Source: Candidatus Latescibacterota bacterium
GTDB taxonomy: Bacteria; Latescibacterota; UBA2968; UBA8231
Direction: 5' to 3'
Assembly (NCBI GenBank): GCA_965243025.1
Contig: CBDETY010000003.1
Coordinates: 6,016,001-6,080,000, forward strand
DNA: 64,000 nt
In this document: positions 49,643-58,964 of the stretch, one piece after another
How the letters are laid out: every line of letters starts with the position of its first letter
Position numbering within the stretch: the stretch's first letter is position 1
Translations under genes and position numbers: made by a program
Notes under the pieces: model-generated
What the model was told of the DNA's origin: nothing
Database searches by the model: none
Seen by the model: the letters and a program-made list of their open reading frames with translations, nothing else

Positions 49643-50599
49643 CTACCACAGCGAGGCCTTGATCCGTCCCCAGGAGACCGACTCGACGGCGCTGTCTTCC
49701 ACCGGTCCGGCCGCGTTGGCCGGCAGCAGCAGTCCGTCCAGGTAGAGCTCCGCCCGATATCGGTGCAGTATGTCAATTTCCGGGTCTTCACTCTGGACAG
49801 CTTCAGGCCCCAGGTAGAATCTACTGTATTCGTCATCTCTTTCGTCCACGAGGACCGCAAAGCCTATGACCTTTCCTGCCGTCAGATCGCTGACCACGAC
49901 GTCTTCAGGCCGACTGTCGGGTCCCTGCCAACTGTCGTATGGGGTGACGTACAGCTCGATTACCCTGATGATCGGGTTCTCCCCGGCTACGCCGCCGCCT
50001 GCCTCTCCATAGGGTGGAAAGAACATCCAGGAATCCTCCTTGGCAGCTTTGCTGTACGAGCGGCTCAAGCCGGACGTGAAATAGGCATACAACGCAGCGC
50101 GGCCACTGGCCGTACGGGCTATTACCCCGTATTGTTGCGATTCCCCCCAAAAACCCCTCGTTTCCCAAGATTCCAAATTAAGTCCTCCGCCGCTGTGATC
50201 TGCGTCGAGAGCCAGGACAAGCTCGGCATTGGTGGCAAGCACCTGTTGAGGTATGATGTGCGCATCATCACTGGCCGAGAAGGCGACATAGAGCCGATCC
50301 GGCTCATCGTGCCAGGCCAGCCATATGCGGAAGTCCAGGTCGGATGGATCAGGTACGTCACCGAAGGCTCTGAAATCGACCAGGGACATGGTGGGTTCGC
50401 CCACGAGATCGTACCACTCCTCCACCGAGCCGTCGTGAAGCTGGATCTGTTCCAGCATCTCGTCGGTCAGCTCGGCGATCGGGAAGACTCGACCGCCGCT
50501 GTGGGCGCCTGCCTGAGCAGGAAAGCAGGCGGACAGGGCGGACCCGACGAGCAGGCCGAGGGCCATGCGCCGGTGATTCCTGAGACCTACAGGGACCAT
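49643..50599 (-). CDS. Secreted protein (possible CBM9/DOMON-like fold) with C-terminal SAVESVSWGRIK motif
   Basis: Signal peptide ending AQAGA; DGSVEEW, WLAWHDEPDRLYVA, GKVIGFAVLVDERD. Confidence 0.75.
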   Translation of the reverse strand: MVPVGLRNHRRMALGLLVGSALSACFPAQAGAHSGGRVFPIAELTDEMLEQIQLHDGSVEEWYDLVGEPTMSLVDFRAFGDVPDPSDLDFRIWLAWHDEPDRLYVAFSASDDAHIIPQQVLATNAELVLALDADHSGGGLNLESWETRGFWGESQQYGVIARTASGRAALYAYFTSGLSRSYSKAAKEDSWMFFPPYGEAGGGVAGENPIIRVIELYVTPYDSWQGPDSRPEDVVVSDLTAGKVIGFAVLVDERDDEYSRFYLGPEAVQSEDPEIDILHRYRAELYLDGLLLPANAAGPVEDSAVESVSWGRIKASLW

Positions 50600-50721
50600 C
50601 TGGTTTCCTTGCCTATTGCCTGTCAGCTATTCTGCCGGTCAGCGGGCTCCGCATGGCTTCCTTTTCCCTGTCGATTTGCCGAACGGCACAGATGGTCTTT
50701 CTCCTCTTTCAGGAATAACAA

Positions 50722-50762
50722 GGACGAGGGCCCACCCCCCTGAAGGGGACGGGACCCTCGTC
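50722..50762 (-). terminator. Stem-loop downstream of the peptide gene
   Basis: gacgaggg-ccc..ggg-accctcgtc. Confidence 0.5.
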
Positions 50763-50802
50763 CGAGTATGCCGAGCGCGTCAGCCAAAGCGCCGGAGGAT
50801 GC

Positions 50803-51054
50803 TCAGTTCCTGCACTCGCAACGCCAAGTCCCCGGGCCGGTGTTTTCAGCATCGGACTCGGAGTGCCCGGCACTGGAGCAAGCACTGGCGCACTTTCCGT
50901 CCGCCTCGCTGTTCGTGAAGGCGTACACGGTGTGGCAGTGGTGCCAACCGTTCTTCTGGTCGGCTTCCACCCAGGACAGGCCCCCGGTGGTCAGCAGGAC
51001 GCCTGTCAGAATGGCGAGCCCGGCCCCGAAAAAGCTCTTCAATACGCGTGGCAT
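50803..51054 (-). CDS. Small secreted Cys-rich peptide (C..CxxxC..CxC)
   Basis: RBS aaaggagg; signal peptide ending VEA; Cys at 40, 55, 59, 79, 81. Confidence 0.75.
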   Translation of the reverse strand: MPRVLKSFFGAGLAILTGVLLTTGGLSWVEADQKNGWHHCHTVYAFTNSEADGKCASACSSAGHSESDAENTGPGTWRCECRN

Positions 51055-51248
51055 TTTCTGCCTCCTTTGGGTTCGGGTGTTTGAGATCCGGCCGCCCTTT
51101 TGGGCTTATCGCCAATCGGGTCGGCACATGATCCAACGCGGCGTTGCTTCTTGCGGAATGGTGGCGGCTGCAGCAATGACCTCCTTTCCTGGGCAGCGAC
51201 CTTGTTCATCTTGAGGATAAAGATCGCTCCGAAATGTCCGCTCCGGTA

Positions 51249-51311
51249 TCACCCGATCAGGTGATTTCTTGTCACCTGATAAGGTGATTTTTTTGTCACC
51301 CGATCAGGTGA
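51249..51311. promoter_or_regulatory. Three tandem palindromic operators TCACC-N6-GGTGA
   Basis: tcacccgatcaggtga (51249), tcacctgataaggtga (51272), tcacccgatcaggtga (51296), with T-rich spacers. Confidence 0.8.
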
Positions 51312-51425
51312 CACTTCCGAAAAAGACGGGGGATTGGCCCGGAAAAGTCCGGCGCCGTGGGCGCCGGGGGGGCCTATGGAACCGGAAGCCGAAACCGGTG
51401 GGGAGTGACCGCCGCGAAGAGGCAG

Positions 51426-52055
51426 CTACAGCGTGGTGAGGCCGGTTCTGATCGCGAACTTGGTCAAAGAAGCCACGCCGTGCCGGTCGAGCTTGTCCAT
51501 AATGCGCTGCCGGTGCGTGTGGACGGTGTTCTCGCTCAGGTTCAGTTGCCGGGCAATTTGCCGTGTCGTCAGATCCTCGCTGATGAGCCGAACCACCTCG
51601 CGCTCCCGCTCGCTCAGCTCCGGATGTCCGGCAAGTGTCTGCATCTGGTCGTACACGGCCCCGGCCAACTCCGGACTCAGGTAGGTGCGGCCGGACAGGG
51701 CCGCCCGCACCGCCCGCAGCACCTCGACCGAGGCCGCCCCTTTCACCACGTACCCCGAGGCCCCCGCCTCCAGCATGCCGGCGACGTACTGCGGGTCGTC
51801 GTGCACCGACAGGGCCACCACCTTCACCTCCGGGGCCTGGCCGAGAACCTGGCGCGTCGCCTCGACTCCGCTCAGGTCGGGCAGGGATACGTCCATGATC
51901 ACGACGTGCGGCCGGCAGGCCGCGGCCAGCTCCACGGCGGTGCGCGCGTCCCCGGCTTCCCCCACCACCTCGAACTCCCCGTCCTGCGCGAACAGGGAGC
52001 GCAGGCCCTTGCGCATCAGCTCGTGATCGTCCACCAGCACAACGCGGATCGTCAT
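51426..52055 (-). CDS. NarL/LuxR-family response regulator
   Basis: VVLVDDH..IMDVSLPDLSG..GASGYVVK..LSERE..LNLSENTVHTHR; RBS aaggag. Confidence 0.93.
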   Translation of the reverse strand: MTIRVVLVDDHELMRKGLRSLFAQDGEFEVVGEAGDARTAVELAAACRPHVVIMDVSLPDLSGVEATRQVLGQAPEVKVVALSVHDDPQYVAGMLEAGASGYVVKGAASVEVLRAVRAALSGRTYLSPELAGAVYDQMQTLAGHPELSEREREVVRLISEDLTTRQIARQLNLSENTVHTHRQRIMDKLDRHGVASLTKFAIRTGLTTL

Positions 52056-52099
52056 CGGGAGTTCTCCTTGGCTCCAGGGATGAGGAAGGGACCGCCAGG

Positions 52100-52330
52100 C
52101 TCGGTGCCTCTCGTCGCGGCGCAGGGACCCTGCCGCCGCGTCGTTCGTGCCGGCATGCCGGGCGAGGTTGAGCAACAGCTCGCGAAGACACCGGAACAGC
52201 GTAGCGCGCAGACCCTCGCCGGCCACCTCGCAGTTCCCCTCGCTTTGAGGCTGACCCGCAGCCCGTGCTCCTTCTCGGGGTGCCCGGCGACCGAGCGCAG
52301 GCCGGCCACCAGCCCGACCTCGGTAAATAT
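52100..52330 (-). pseudogene. NarX-type histidine kinase remnant
   Basis: EVGLVAGLRS..HGLRVSL then, frameshifted, LRATLFRCLRELLLNLARHAG (N box); the rest is missing. Confidence 0.65.
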
Positions 52331-52339
52331 AATCCCTCC

Positions 52340-52933
52340 TGAGTGATAAACCGGTGGAAATAAAAGCAACCGCCCTTCAAGTTCGTAGCTCCAACACGAA
52401 GCCTTCGTATGAAGAACATTTTCGACAGTCCGGTCCGGCTCTCGAAAAAAATCTAGCCCATCAACTCTGGTGTCATCTCGATAGTTGACTGGGCTACAGG
52501 CAATTCCACCCAACTCGTTCCTACAATTTCGTTCGAACTCGATGCAAAAACCGGGATGCTTGTTTGCGTAGTGGGACCAGAGAAGGTTTTCGTACGGAGT
52601 GGCACTGAATGAAACAACCCCGCAGGACCTCAAATCCCTTTGTCTTTGTGCAAGGTAATCCAACATCTTGCGCTTTTCCTCCGGGACGTTGCTGGGTGTA
52701 TACGTCATTGGTTCGCCTCGGCTTTTTGCACAACTGTTTAGATGGTCAGCCAAATCCTGAAACGAAAAAGAATCATCAAAAAGAAACAGTGAATCGAAGG
52801 GGTCATTAAATGAACGGAGATCAGCAAGCCAAACAGTGCGTTTTATTAAACCCGACAAAGCATTTTTTTCAATACAGGAATACTTGAATAAAGATTTCGG
52901 GTTCTCGATATCTATTTCGTTTTTTCTGGACAT
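52340..52933 (-). pseudogene. DUF2971-like gene, AT-rich, 3'-truncated and fused to the kinase remnant
   Basis: LFKY, FNDPFD, SFS..NLLWSHYA..H.GFCIEF, TKA.CWSYE.E.R; GC sharply lower than the flanks. Confidence 0.75.
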
Positions 52934-53040
52934 GTTCTTCCTTCTTTTTCAAACTTTGAGGTGTCCATCATGTTATTGGGAGGTTAAAACCTAAATTGTT
53001 TGGTTACCTTTCAGGGAAAGGTCGACCCTCCGTATTTGTA

Positions 53041-53856
53041 TCAGGCGCCGGCGATGATGCAGTTCCGCAGCAGGCGCTTTCCCCGGTCGGACAGCTGATC
53101 GAACTGGTCCCGGGTCAGTTCCGGCACCGCGTCGCGATTCCGCCCGCCGAACCACGACTGGGTGTAGCTGATGCCCAGCATGATGCGGGTGTGATCCGAG
53201 CGGTTCGGGGTGCCGCGGTGGATGACCCGCGGATCGCAGATCCAGGCGCTCCCGCGCCTGAGGTTCAGGCGCATCTTCGAAGGATAGCGCCCCCTTGCGA
53301 TGATCTCGTTCAATGACCGGGCGGTTTGCGAGCCGGGGACGTGGTGCAGCCGGGCGATGGAGCAGTGGTGGGTACAGGGGATCAGCTCGGTGCTGCCGTT
53401 CTCTTCGTTCGTGTCGACGAGGGAGAAGTTCAGACTCAGGGCGGGATAAACAGGCAGGGTGAGGTTGGCCGCCAGAAGCATCCCGTCGCGGTGCCAGTTC
53501 TGGTACTCGGTGCCGGGTGCGGGACAGTTCGAGCTGTAGCTGTCGATCTCGATGTCGTCGGTCCCCCACACGCGTTCGAGCAGCTCGAGCACCAGGGGGT
53601 TCTCGGTGATGACGGGATCGCAGAACGGCATCTCGAACGGCGGGTAGATCTTGAACCGCTGCTTCTGCGTCACCCGGCCCCGGCCCGTTGACAGCTCTCC
53701 CTTCAGCGCGGTCGAGTTCCATGCCTCGACCCGGTCCATCATCGGCTTGCAGCGCGCGTAGATCCGGTCGATGGTGTCCGCGGGAATGAGATCGTCCAAC
53801 ACGACGAAACCGTTTATCTGGAGTTCGTCGACGAGCTGATCGATACCGGGCTGCAT
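53041..53856 (-). CDS. PhyH-family Fe(II)/2OG dioxygenase
   Basis: QNWHRDG, ENGSTELIPCTH, VIHRGTPNRSDHTR. Confidence 0.9.
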   Translation of the reverse strand: MQPGIDQLVDELQINGFVVLDDLIPADTIDRIYARCKPMMDRVEAWNSTALKGELSTGRGRVTQKQRFKIYPPFEMPFCDPVITENPLVLELLERVWGTDDIEIDSYSSNCPAPGTEYQNWHRDGMLLAANLTLPVYPALSLNFSLVDTNEENGSTELIPCTHHCSIARLHHVPGSQTARSLNEIIARGRYPSKMRLNLRRGSAWICDPRVIHRGTPNRSDHTRIMLGISYTQSWFGGRNRDAVPELTRDQFDQLSDRGKRLLRNCIIAGA

Positions 53857-53926
53857 GTCCTTGCTCCTGATTTTGATCCCGAACCTTCGCTGGGGCAGAT
53901 GTGGGCGTCTAGGGAGACCGATGGCG

Positions 53927-55156
53927 CTACCGTATCACGGTGCCGTCGGGGCGCCTCGTGTTCCTGGGGACCCCCGGGTCCCTGGCCGGGAAGCGGGCGG
54001 CGAGCTCCTCGTCGATGTCCACCCCGAGCCCGGGCTTGCCGTTCGGCCACATGTAGCCGCCGCGCAGCTCCGGGGTGCCGGGGAACACCTCCTTCAGGGT
54101 CGGGTGGGTGTTGAGGTAAACCGATGCCTCCTGAATGCCGAAGTTCCACACGTTCAGGTCGAGCATCAGGTTGGCCGCGTGCCCGACGGGGGAAACGTCG
54201 GCCGAGCCGTGCCAGGCGGTGCGGACGTTGAAGGCTTCGCACAGGGCCGCCATCTTGCGCGCCGGCGTCAGCCCCCCGATCGCCGAGATGTGCAGCCGCA
54301 GGAAGTCTATCAGCCGGTCCTTGATGACGGGGACGACCTCCTGCGGATTGCTGTAGAGCTCCCCCATCGCCATCGGTGTGCTCGTCTGCTCGCGCACGAG
54401 GCGGAAGTAGTCGTTGTCCTCCGGCGTGAAGATGTCCTCCATGAAGTAGGGCTTGTACTGCTCGACGTCCTTGGCCATCGCCAGGGCCTGTATCGGCGGC
54501 ATCACCGCCTTGACGTCGAGAAGGATCTCCGGTTCCGGGCCGAAGGTGGAGCGGAATTGTTCGAAGGCGCCGACGATGTTGCGGCATACCGCCGACGGGT
54601 CGAGGATGTCCCCGTCCTCCATCGACGCCTTGCCGGTAATGACGGCCGGCCCGTAGAAGGCTCTGTCCCGTTCCGTCATCGCGCTTCCCCATCCGAACTT
54701 GATGTGGCGGAAGCCCTGGTCCAGGAGCTCGCGGGTGAGCTCCTCGCTCTGTGCCTGGTCCCGCCCCTGGGGGATCACGTACACCGCCGCGGCCTCCCTG
54801 GCCTTGCCCCCGAACAGCTCGTACACCGGCATCCCCGCCACCTTGCCCTTGATGTCCCACAGGGCCTGGTCGACGCCGCTGACGGCGTTATTGAGGACGG
54901 GGCCGCTGCGCCAGTAGGAGGAGGCGTAGCACGACTGCCAGATGTCTTCGATCTCGGCCGGGTTCCTGCCGGTCAGGAGGGGTTTCAGGTAGTCGTCGAC
55001 GGCGGCGGCGACGGCCGTCGGCCGCGTGCAGAACGAGGCGCATCCCACTCCGTAGAGCTCGGGTTCGCTGGTTTCCACCTTGACGACGGTGAGAGTGCGC
55101 GCTCCGGGCGGGTGGGTGACGATCGCCCGCACATCGCGGATCTCGAGGTTGCTCAT
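53927..55156 (-). CDS. Enolase-superfamily acid-sugar dehydratase (RspA/ManD-like)
   Basis: YWRSGPVLNNA.SGVD.ALWDIKGK.AGMPVYEL.GGK; metal ligands D, FMED, MGEL; WHG..D.SPVG; PGLGVDIDE. Confidence 0.9.
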   Translation of the reverse strand: MSNLEIRDVRAIVTHPPGARTLTVVKVETSEPELYGVGCASFCTRPTAVAAAVDDYLKPLLTGRNPAEIEDIWQSCYASSYWRSGPVLNNAVSGVDQALWDIKGKVAGMPVYELFGGKAREAAAVYVIPQGRDQAQSEELTRELLDQGFRHIKFGWGSAMTERDRAFYGPAVITGKASMEDGDILDPSAVCRNIVGAFEQFRSTFGPEPEILLDVKAVMPPIQALAMAKDVEQYKPYFMEDIFTPEDNDYFRLVREQTSTPMAMGELYSNPQEVVPVIKDRLIDFLRLHISAIGGLTPARKMAALCEAFNVRTAWHGSADVSPVGHAANLMLDLNVWNFGIQEASVYLNTHPTLKEVFPGTPELRGGYMWPNGKPGLGVDIDEELAARFPARDPGVPRNTRRPDGTVIR

Positions 55157-55169
55157 CGGGTCCCTTTCG

Positions 55170-57155
55170 CTACTGGTACGGCACCGGGATCGAGTCCCCG
55201 TGCCAGGGGAAGGCGTAGGTCGGCCGGTGGGCGAAGCGGCGCATGCCCGCGTCCAGCCGGATGGAGGTTCCTGGGGGGAGCTGCACGGCGAAGTACTTCG
55301 ACCCCACCGGGACGGTACGGCCGTCCCAGGTCAGCTCGACGAACTCGTGCTCGGCGAAGGCCCCGGCCTGTACGATCAGGTTGCGGGTCTCGCTGTCGTT
55401 CAGGTTGACGAGCTGAAGACCGGCGCTGTCGGCTCCCAGCCGGTCGACGAGAGCGGCGACGTCGGGCGGCAGTCCGGGCCGGGTGCGGTCGCTGTCGAAG
55501 TAGCGGACGGTGGCGCGCAGCAGCCCTCCGGTGTAGATCGATTGCGGCGCCCCCATCGTCACCTGCGTCAGCCCCTTGGTGTAGACCGTAGTGGGAGGAG
55601 AGGGGTTGTCGGCGATCAAGGTCCTGGCGTCGCGGGTTTCGTTCCGTATCGACTCGAAGTCGTTCAGGGCGTTCTGGTACTCCGCCTGCAGGATCTTCTC
55701 GGGCCAGTCAGGGTTCTGCCCGTCGTAGTACTGGAAGCGCGCCAGCTCGGTGTCGGCGTAGCTCTTCTCCCCGAGGACGGGCGGGTTGTTCCAGTCGCGC
55801 ATCTTGTCGGTTTCCCGGATGCGGACGATGAGGTCGTAGTCCTCCCGGGCCATCGAGGCGTGGTAGAGGTGGGCGAGCTCCTGCATGCGGAAAGGCACGA
55901 ACCTGCCTCTTTCGTAGTCGTAGTCGTCCCTCGTGTACTCCCAGCCGTCCGCACCGTAGCGGGACGGCAGCAGCAGCTGGCCGTCCTCGCGGGTGACGGC
56001 GTTGTCCATGAGCAGCCGGATCTGTGAGCGCAGCAGCTCGAGATAGCCGAAGTCGCCGGTGAGCAGGAGGGCGCACTCGGCGGCGATGGTGAGCGAGCTG
56101 AACATGATGTAGTGGCCGACGAAGGTGTTCCAGCCGTAGAGCCCGCCCCACCAGAGGCCGTTGCGGTTTTCGCCGATCTCGCCGGTCGGGCCGACGTTGT
56201 CGGGAAGGATGCCGCCGTTGCGCTCGATGCGCTCCATCCACCCTTCCGTGTAGTCGAGCACCCACTGTTTGTACTTGTCCTCACCGGTGTAGAGAAAGGC
56301 GTTGGTCATGAGGCCGGTTGCGCCGAGGCTGTGGGGGACGTCGCCGTTGAGGACGATGTGGTCGAACAGCTTGAGGATTTCCTCCCGGCGCGCCGGGTTC
56401 TCGAACCAGTTCCCCTCGAGTTCGGTCACCACCGGATCGAGGGTCGCCCGCACCTTGTAGGGGCGGTAGCCCTTCTCGTACCCCGTTTCCCATCCCTGCA
56501 GCCACATGACGACGTTGTCGACGGTCGCGTGGCGCATGGGGCCGGCGCTGGTCTGAATGGGGCTGCGGAAGACCCTGTGCTCCGGATCGTAGTTGGGGGC
56601 CTCGGGATCCTCGTCCATGAACATCGCCGCGAACCGCCTGGCGCGGCGCACGTTCTCCGAGATGGTGGGGTCGGCCAGGCCGAAATGGTAGAAGGCCATG
56701 TTGCCCTCGCCCTGGTGGTACCACTCGTTGGCGCCGGCCGAGGCCTGGTTGTAGTACTCGTTGTGGATCTGGGGCTGGAAGCGGGGATGGACGCGGCTGA
56801 CGATGTCGTCGGAAAAGAACCGCGTCGTTGCGTGCCACTGCTGCAGCCCGAGGTCGAGCACCTTCCGGTCCGCCCCCATGGCGTAGAACAGGCCCCAGTT
56901 GTACACCCTCTCGTAGAGGTCGTCGACGTCGTCGGCGTAGTAGAAGGCCCCGCCCTTTTCCGCGTACTTGTCGACCATCGGCTCGACGGCGTCCTCCATC
57001 AGCTTCATCAGCCGGCGTTCGAGGAGCGCCCACCCGGGGGGCGGCGATACCCGCGCCGCGGTGACCTCGACCAGCCCGGGGACCGCGCCCGGCCCCGGGG
57101 ATGAGCCGGTTTCGGCTATGGTTGCCCCTGGTTCGTCTGCCTGGTTGTGCGGCAT
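55170..57155 (-). CDS. Conserved-looking hypothetical protein (~661 aa), possibly an alpha/alpha-barrel hydrolase
   Basis: RBS caggag before ATG 57155; host-like codon use; DDVDDLYE, YHQGEG, PDNVGP.G motifs. Confidence 0.75.
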   Translation of the reverse strand: MPHNQADEPGATIAETGSSPGPGAVPGLVEVTAARVSPPPGWALLERRLMKLMEDAVEPMVDKYAEKGGAFYYADDVDDLYERVYNWGLFYAMGADRKVLDLGLQQWHATTRFFSDDIVSRVHPRFQPQIHNEYYNQASAGANEWYHQGEGNMAFYHFGLADPTISENVRRARRFAAMFMDEDPEAPNYDPEHRVFRSPIQTSAGPMRHATVDNVVMWLQGWETGYEKGYRPYKVRATLDPVVTELEGNWFENPARREEILKLFDHIVLNGDVPHSLGATGLMTNAFLYTGEDKYKQWVLDYTEGWMERIERNGGILPDNVGPTGEIGENRNGLWWGGLYGWNTFVGHYIMFSSLTIAAECALLLTGDFGYLELLRSQIRLLMDNAVTREDGQLLLPSRYGADGWEYTRDDYDYERGRFVPFRMQELAHLYHASMAREDYDLIVRIRETDKMRDWNNPPVLGEKSYADTELARFQYYDGQNPDWPEKILQAEYQNALNDFESIRNETRDARTLIADNPSPPTTVYTKGLTQVTMGAPQSIYTGGLLRATVRYFDSDRTRPGLPPDVAALVDRLGADSAGLQLVNLNDSETRNLIVQAGAFAEHEFVELTWDGRTVPVGSKYFAVQLPPGTSIRLDAGMRRFAHRPTYAFPWHGDSIPVPYQ

Positions 57156-57235
57156 GCGATCAATCTCCTGAAAATCCGGTTCTCGTGCGCCGCGGCAGGC
57201 CGGATGCCCCGCGGCAAGGGTGCGCAGGCAATCCG

Positions 57236-58786
57236 CTACCGGAACTGAAACGAGTAGAGCTTGGCGTTCCTGAAGCGGAACCGCAGCCGGATCGCCTGCC
57301 CCTGAAACCGGCCCACCTTCGAATTTCCGTTCCAGCTGACAGCGTGGGCGGTGCCGGTGGTCGTCAGCGCATCGGCGTCGTCGGCGGTGAATCCGGGAAT
57401 GCGTTCGTGGTTGGCAGTCAGGATCTCCACCCGCACTTCGCACGGTCCGGCGCTGTTGAAGCGCGGGGGCGCCTGCATGTTCAGGTACAGCTGCTCCCCG
57501 GAAAACCCGAAGGAACGGGTCACCATCAGGCTGTGCGGCTCGATGTCGGTCGGAGCCGGCCGGTAGTCGATAGGTCCCTTGGCCCCGTCCAGCGAAACGA
57601 ACCCGTCGAGGGGGAGCGTCGCCAGTCCGATGGCCGTAGTCGCCTTCCCGCCGAGGTCGAACGCCTGCTCCGGGGAGCGGCTGTTGGTGCCGTAGTAGTA
57701 GACGAGGATTCGGTCTCCATGCAAGATCGGCGCCCGCGCGTAAATCGAGTTGGCGTCGAAGTCGTCCCGGGGTCCGCGGGCGATGAACGGCTCCCGGTAT
57801 TCCCGGTTGTAGTGGATGCCGTTCCTGCTGAAGACGATCTGGGGGTGATGGGTCAGGTTGGTGGTGCGGAAGTTCCAGAGCACTCCGACGTACAGCCCTG
57901 CGTACACGGTGGCCGCAAGCGCGTAGTACTCCGTGTCCGGGGTGTCGCCCTCGCCGGGCACGAGGATCGTCTCCGCCTCGCTCCAGTGGATCATGTCCGG
58001 GCTTTCCGCCCGGCCGATCACCCTTTTCCCTAAGGGACCGCGCCAGTGCAGGTTGTTCTCCATGTGGACGGCGTACACCTGGCGGACCGGATCCCAGCCC
58101 ATGAAATCGGTCGGTCCCCAGCGGCCCGGCTTCGGCGAATAGTCGATGACGGGGTTGCCCTCGAAGGCCGTCCACTCGAACCCGTCGGGCGAGAAATAGA
58201 GGTGGAACTTCATCCCCGGGGGGGCCGCCCCTTCGGTGCCGTCGGAGCCGGCTTGCCCTCCGTCGGGATCGGCGTCCCAGGCAGCGAAGGTCCGGATCAA
58301 CCCCTTGAAGCGTTTGCCCGGGTCCTTTTCGCGGGGATCTTCGAAGAATGAGAACCCGGGTCTCGATTCGGGAGGGAAGAGTTCGGGCATGCAGCTTTTC
58401 GGCGGCAGGAGGTTGTTCCGGGTCGATCCGTTGAAATCGACCAGCCCCAGCTCCGGCCGCTGCCAGTGGATCCCGTCCTCCGAGGTCGCCAGGCAGGTAG
58501 CGTGCCGCGGCCCCTCGTACTCGTCCGCTGTCGCGATCTCCTCCCCCTGGCGCCGGGCGATGTACCGGCCAGGTGAATACCACATCCGGAAGATCCGGTC
58601 CCGCCGGTCGTAGATGACGTTTTTCAGGGCGACGTGCGTCCCTTCCCAGGGCCGCTCGGCCCGGATGACGGGATTGTCCGGCACCTTGACGGCGGGGTTC
58701 ATGATCTGCCGCGTGTTGGTCATGCTTTCGATCAGGTAGTCGTCGACGAAGAGCTGCCTGGTGGAGCCGATATCGATCAGGGCCAT
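57236..58786 (-). CDS. Beta-propeller glycoside-hydrolase-like protein
   Basis: RQLFVDDYLIE, ATSEDGIHWQRPELG, SPDGFEW, SPDMIHW, DGFVSL, KLYSFQF. Confidence 0.75.
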   Translation of the reverse strand: MALIDIGSTRQLFVDDYLIESMTNTRQIMNPAVKVPDNPVIRAERPWEGTHVALKNVIYDRRDRIFRMWYSPGRYIARRQGEEIATADEYEGPRHATCLATSEDGIHWQRPELGLVDFNGSTRNNLLPPKSCMPELFPPESRPGFSFFEDPREKDPGKRFKGLIRTFAAWDADPDGGQAGSDGTEGAAPPGMKFHLYFSPDGFEWTAFEGNPVIDYSPKPGRWGPTDFMGWDPVRQVYAVHMENNLHWRGPLGKRVIGRAESPDMIHWSEAETILVPGEGDTPDTEYYALAATVYAGLYVGVLWNFRTTNLTHHPQIVFSRNGIHYNREYREPFIARGPRDDFDANSIYARAPILHGDRILVYYYGTNSRSPEQAFDLGGKATTAIGLATLPLDGFVSLDGAKGPIDYRPAPTDIEPHSLMVTRSFGFSGEQLYLNMQAPPRFNSAGPCEVRVEILTANHERIPGFTADDADALTTTGTAHAVSWNGNSKVGRFQGQAIRLRFRFRNAKLYSFQFR

Positions 58787-58964
58787 CTGTTTTTTCAAAT
58801 CCGGATCGGGAATCCGCGAAAGGATGGATGGAGCGGTTGCTGGGGGGGTTGGCAAGATATATGATTCCGCCTTCCCCGGTCTATCCCCTGGCGGACTGGG
58901 GCGCTCCGTTCACTCGCACCTCGGCGCGCGAACCGGAAGCGCCGGGGTTCCAGGTTGAAAGAAG

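Noticed and set aside
51249-51311. Possible mini-CRISPR
   Set aside because: 16-bp units with 7-8-bp T-rich spacers and no cas genes; fits operators better.
52321-52336. cggtaaatataatccc as another IS1595-like end
   Set aside because: Resembles ..atatatccc only over a few bases, has no partner or TSD, and also reads as coding sequence.
57156-58583. First 476 codons of the 1137-aa ORF
   Set aside because: Off-frame overlap with the real gene at 57236-58786; the RBS supports ATG 57155.
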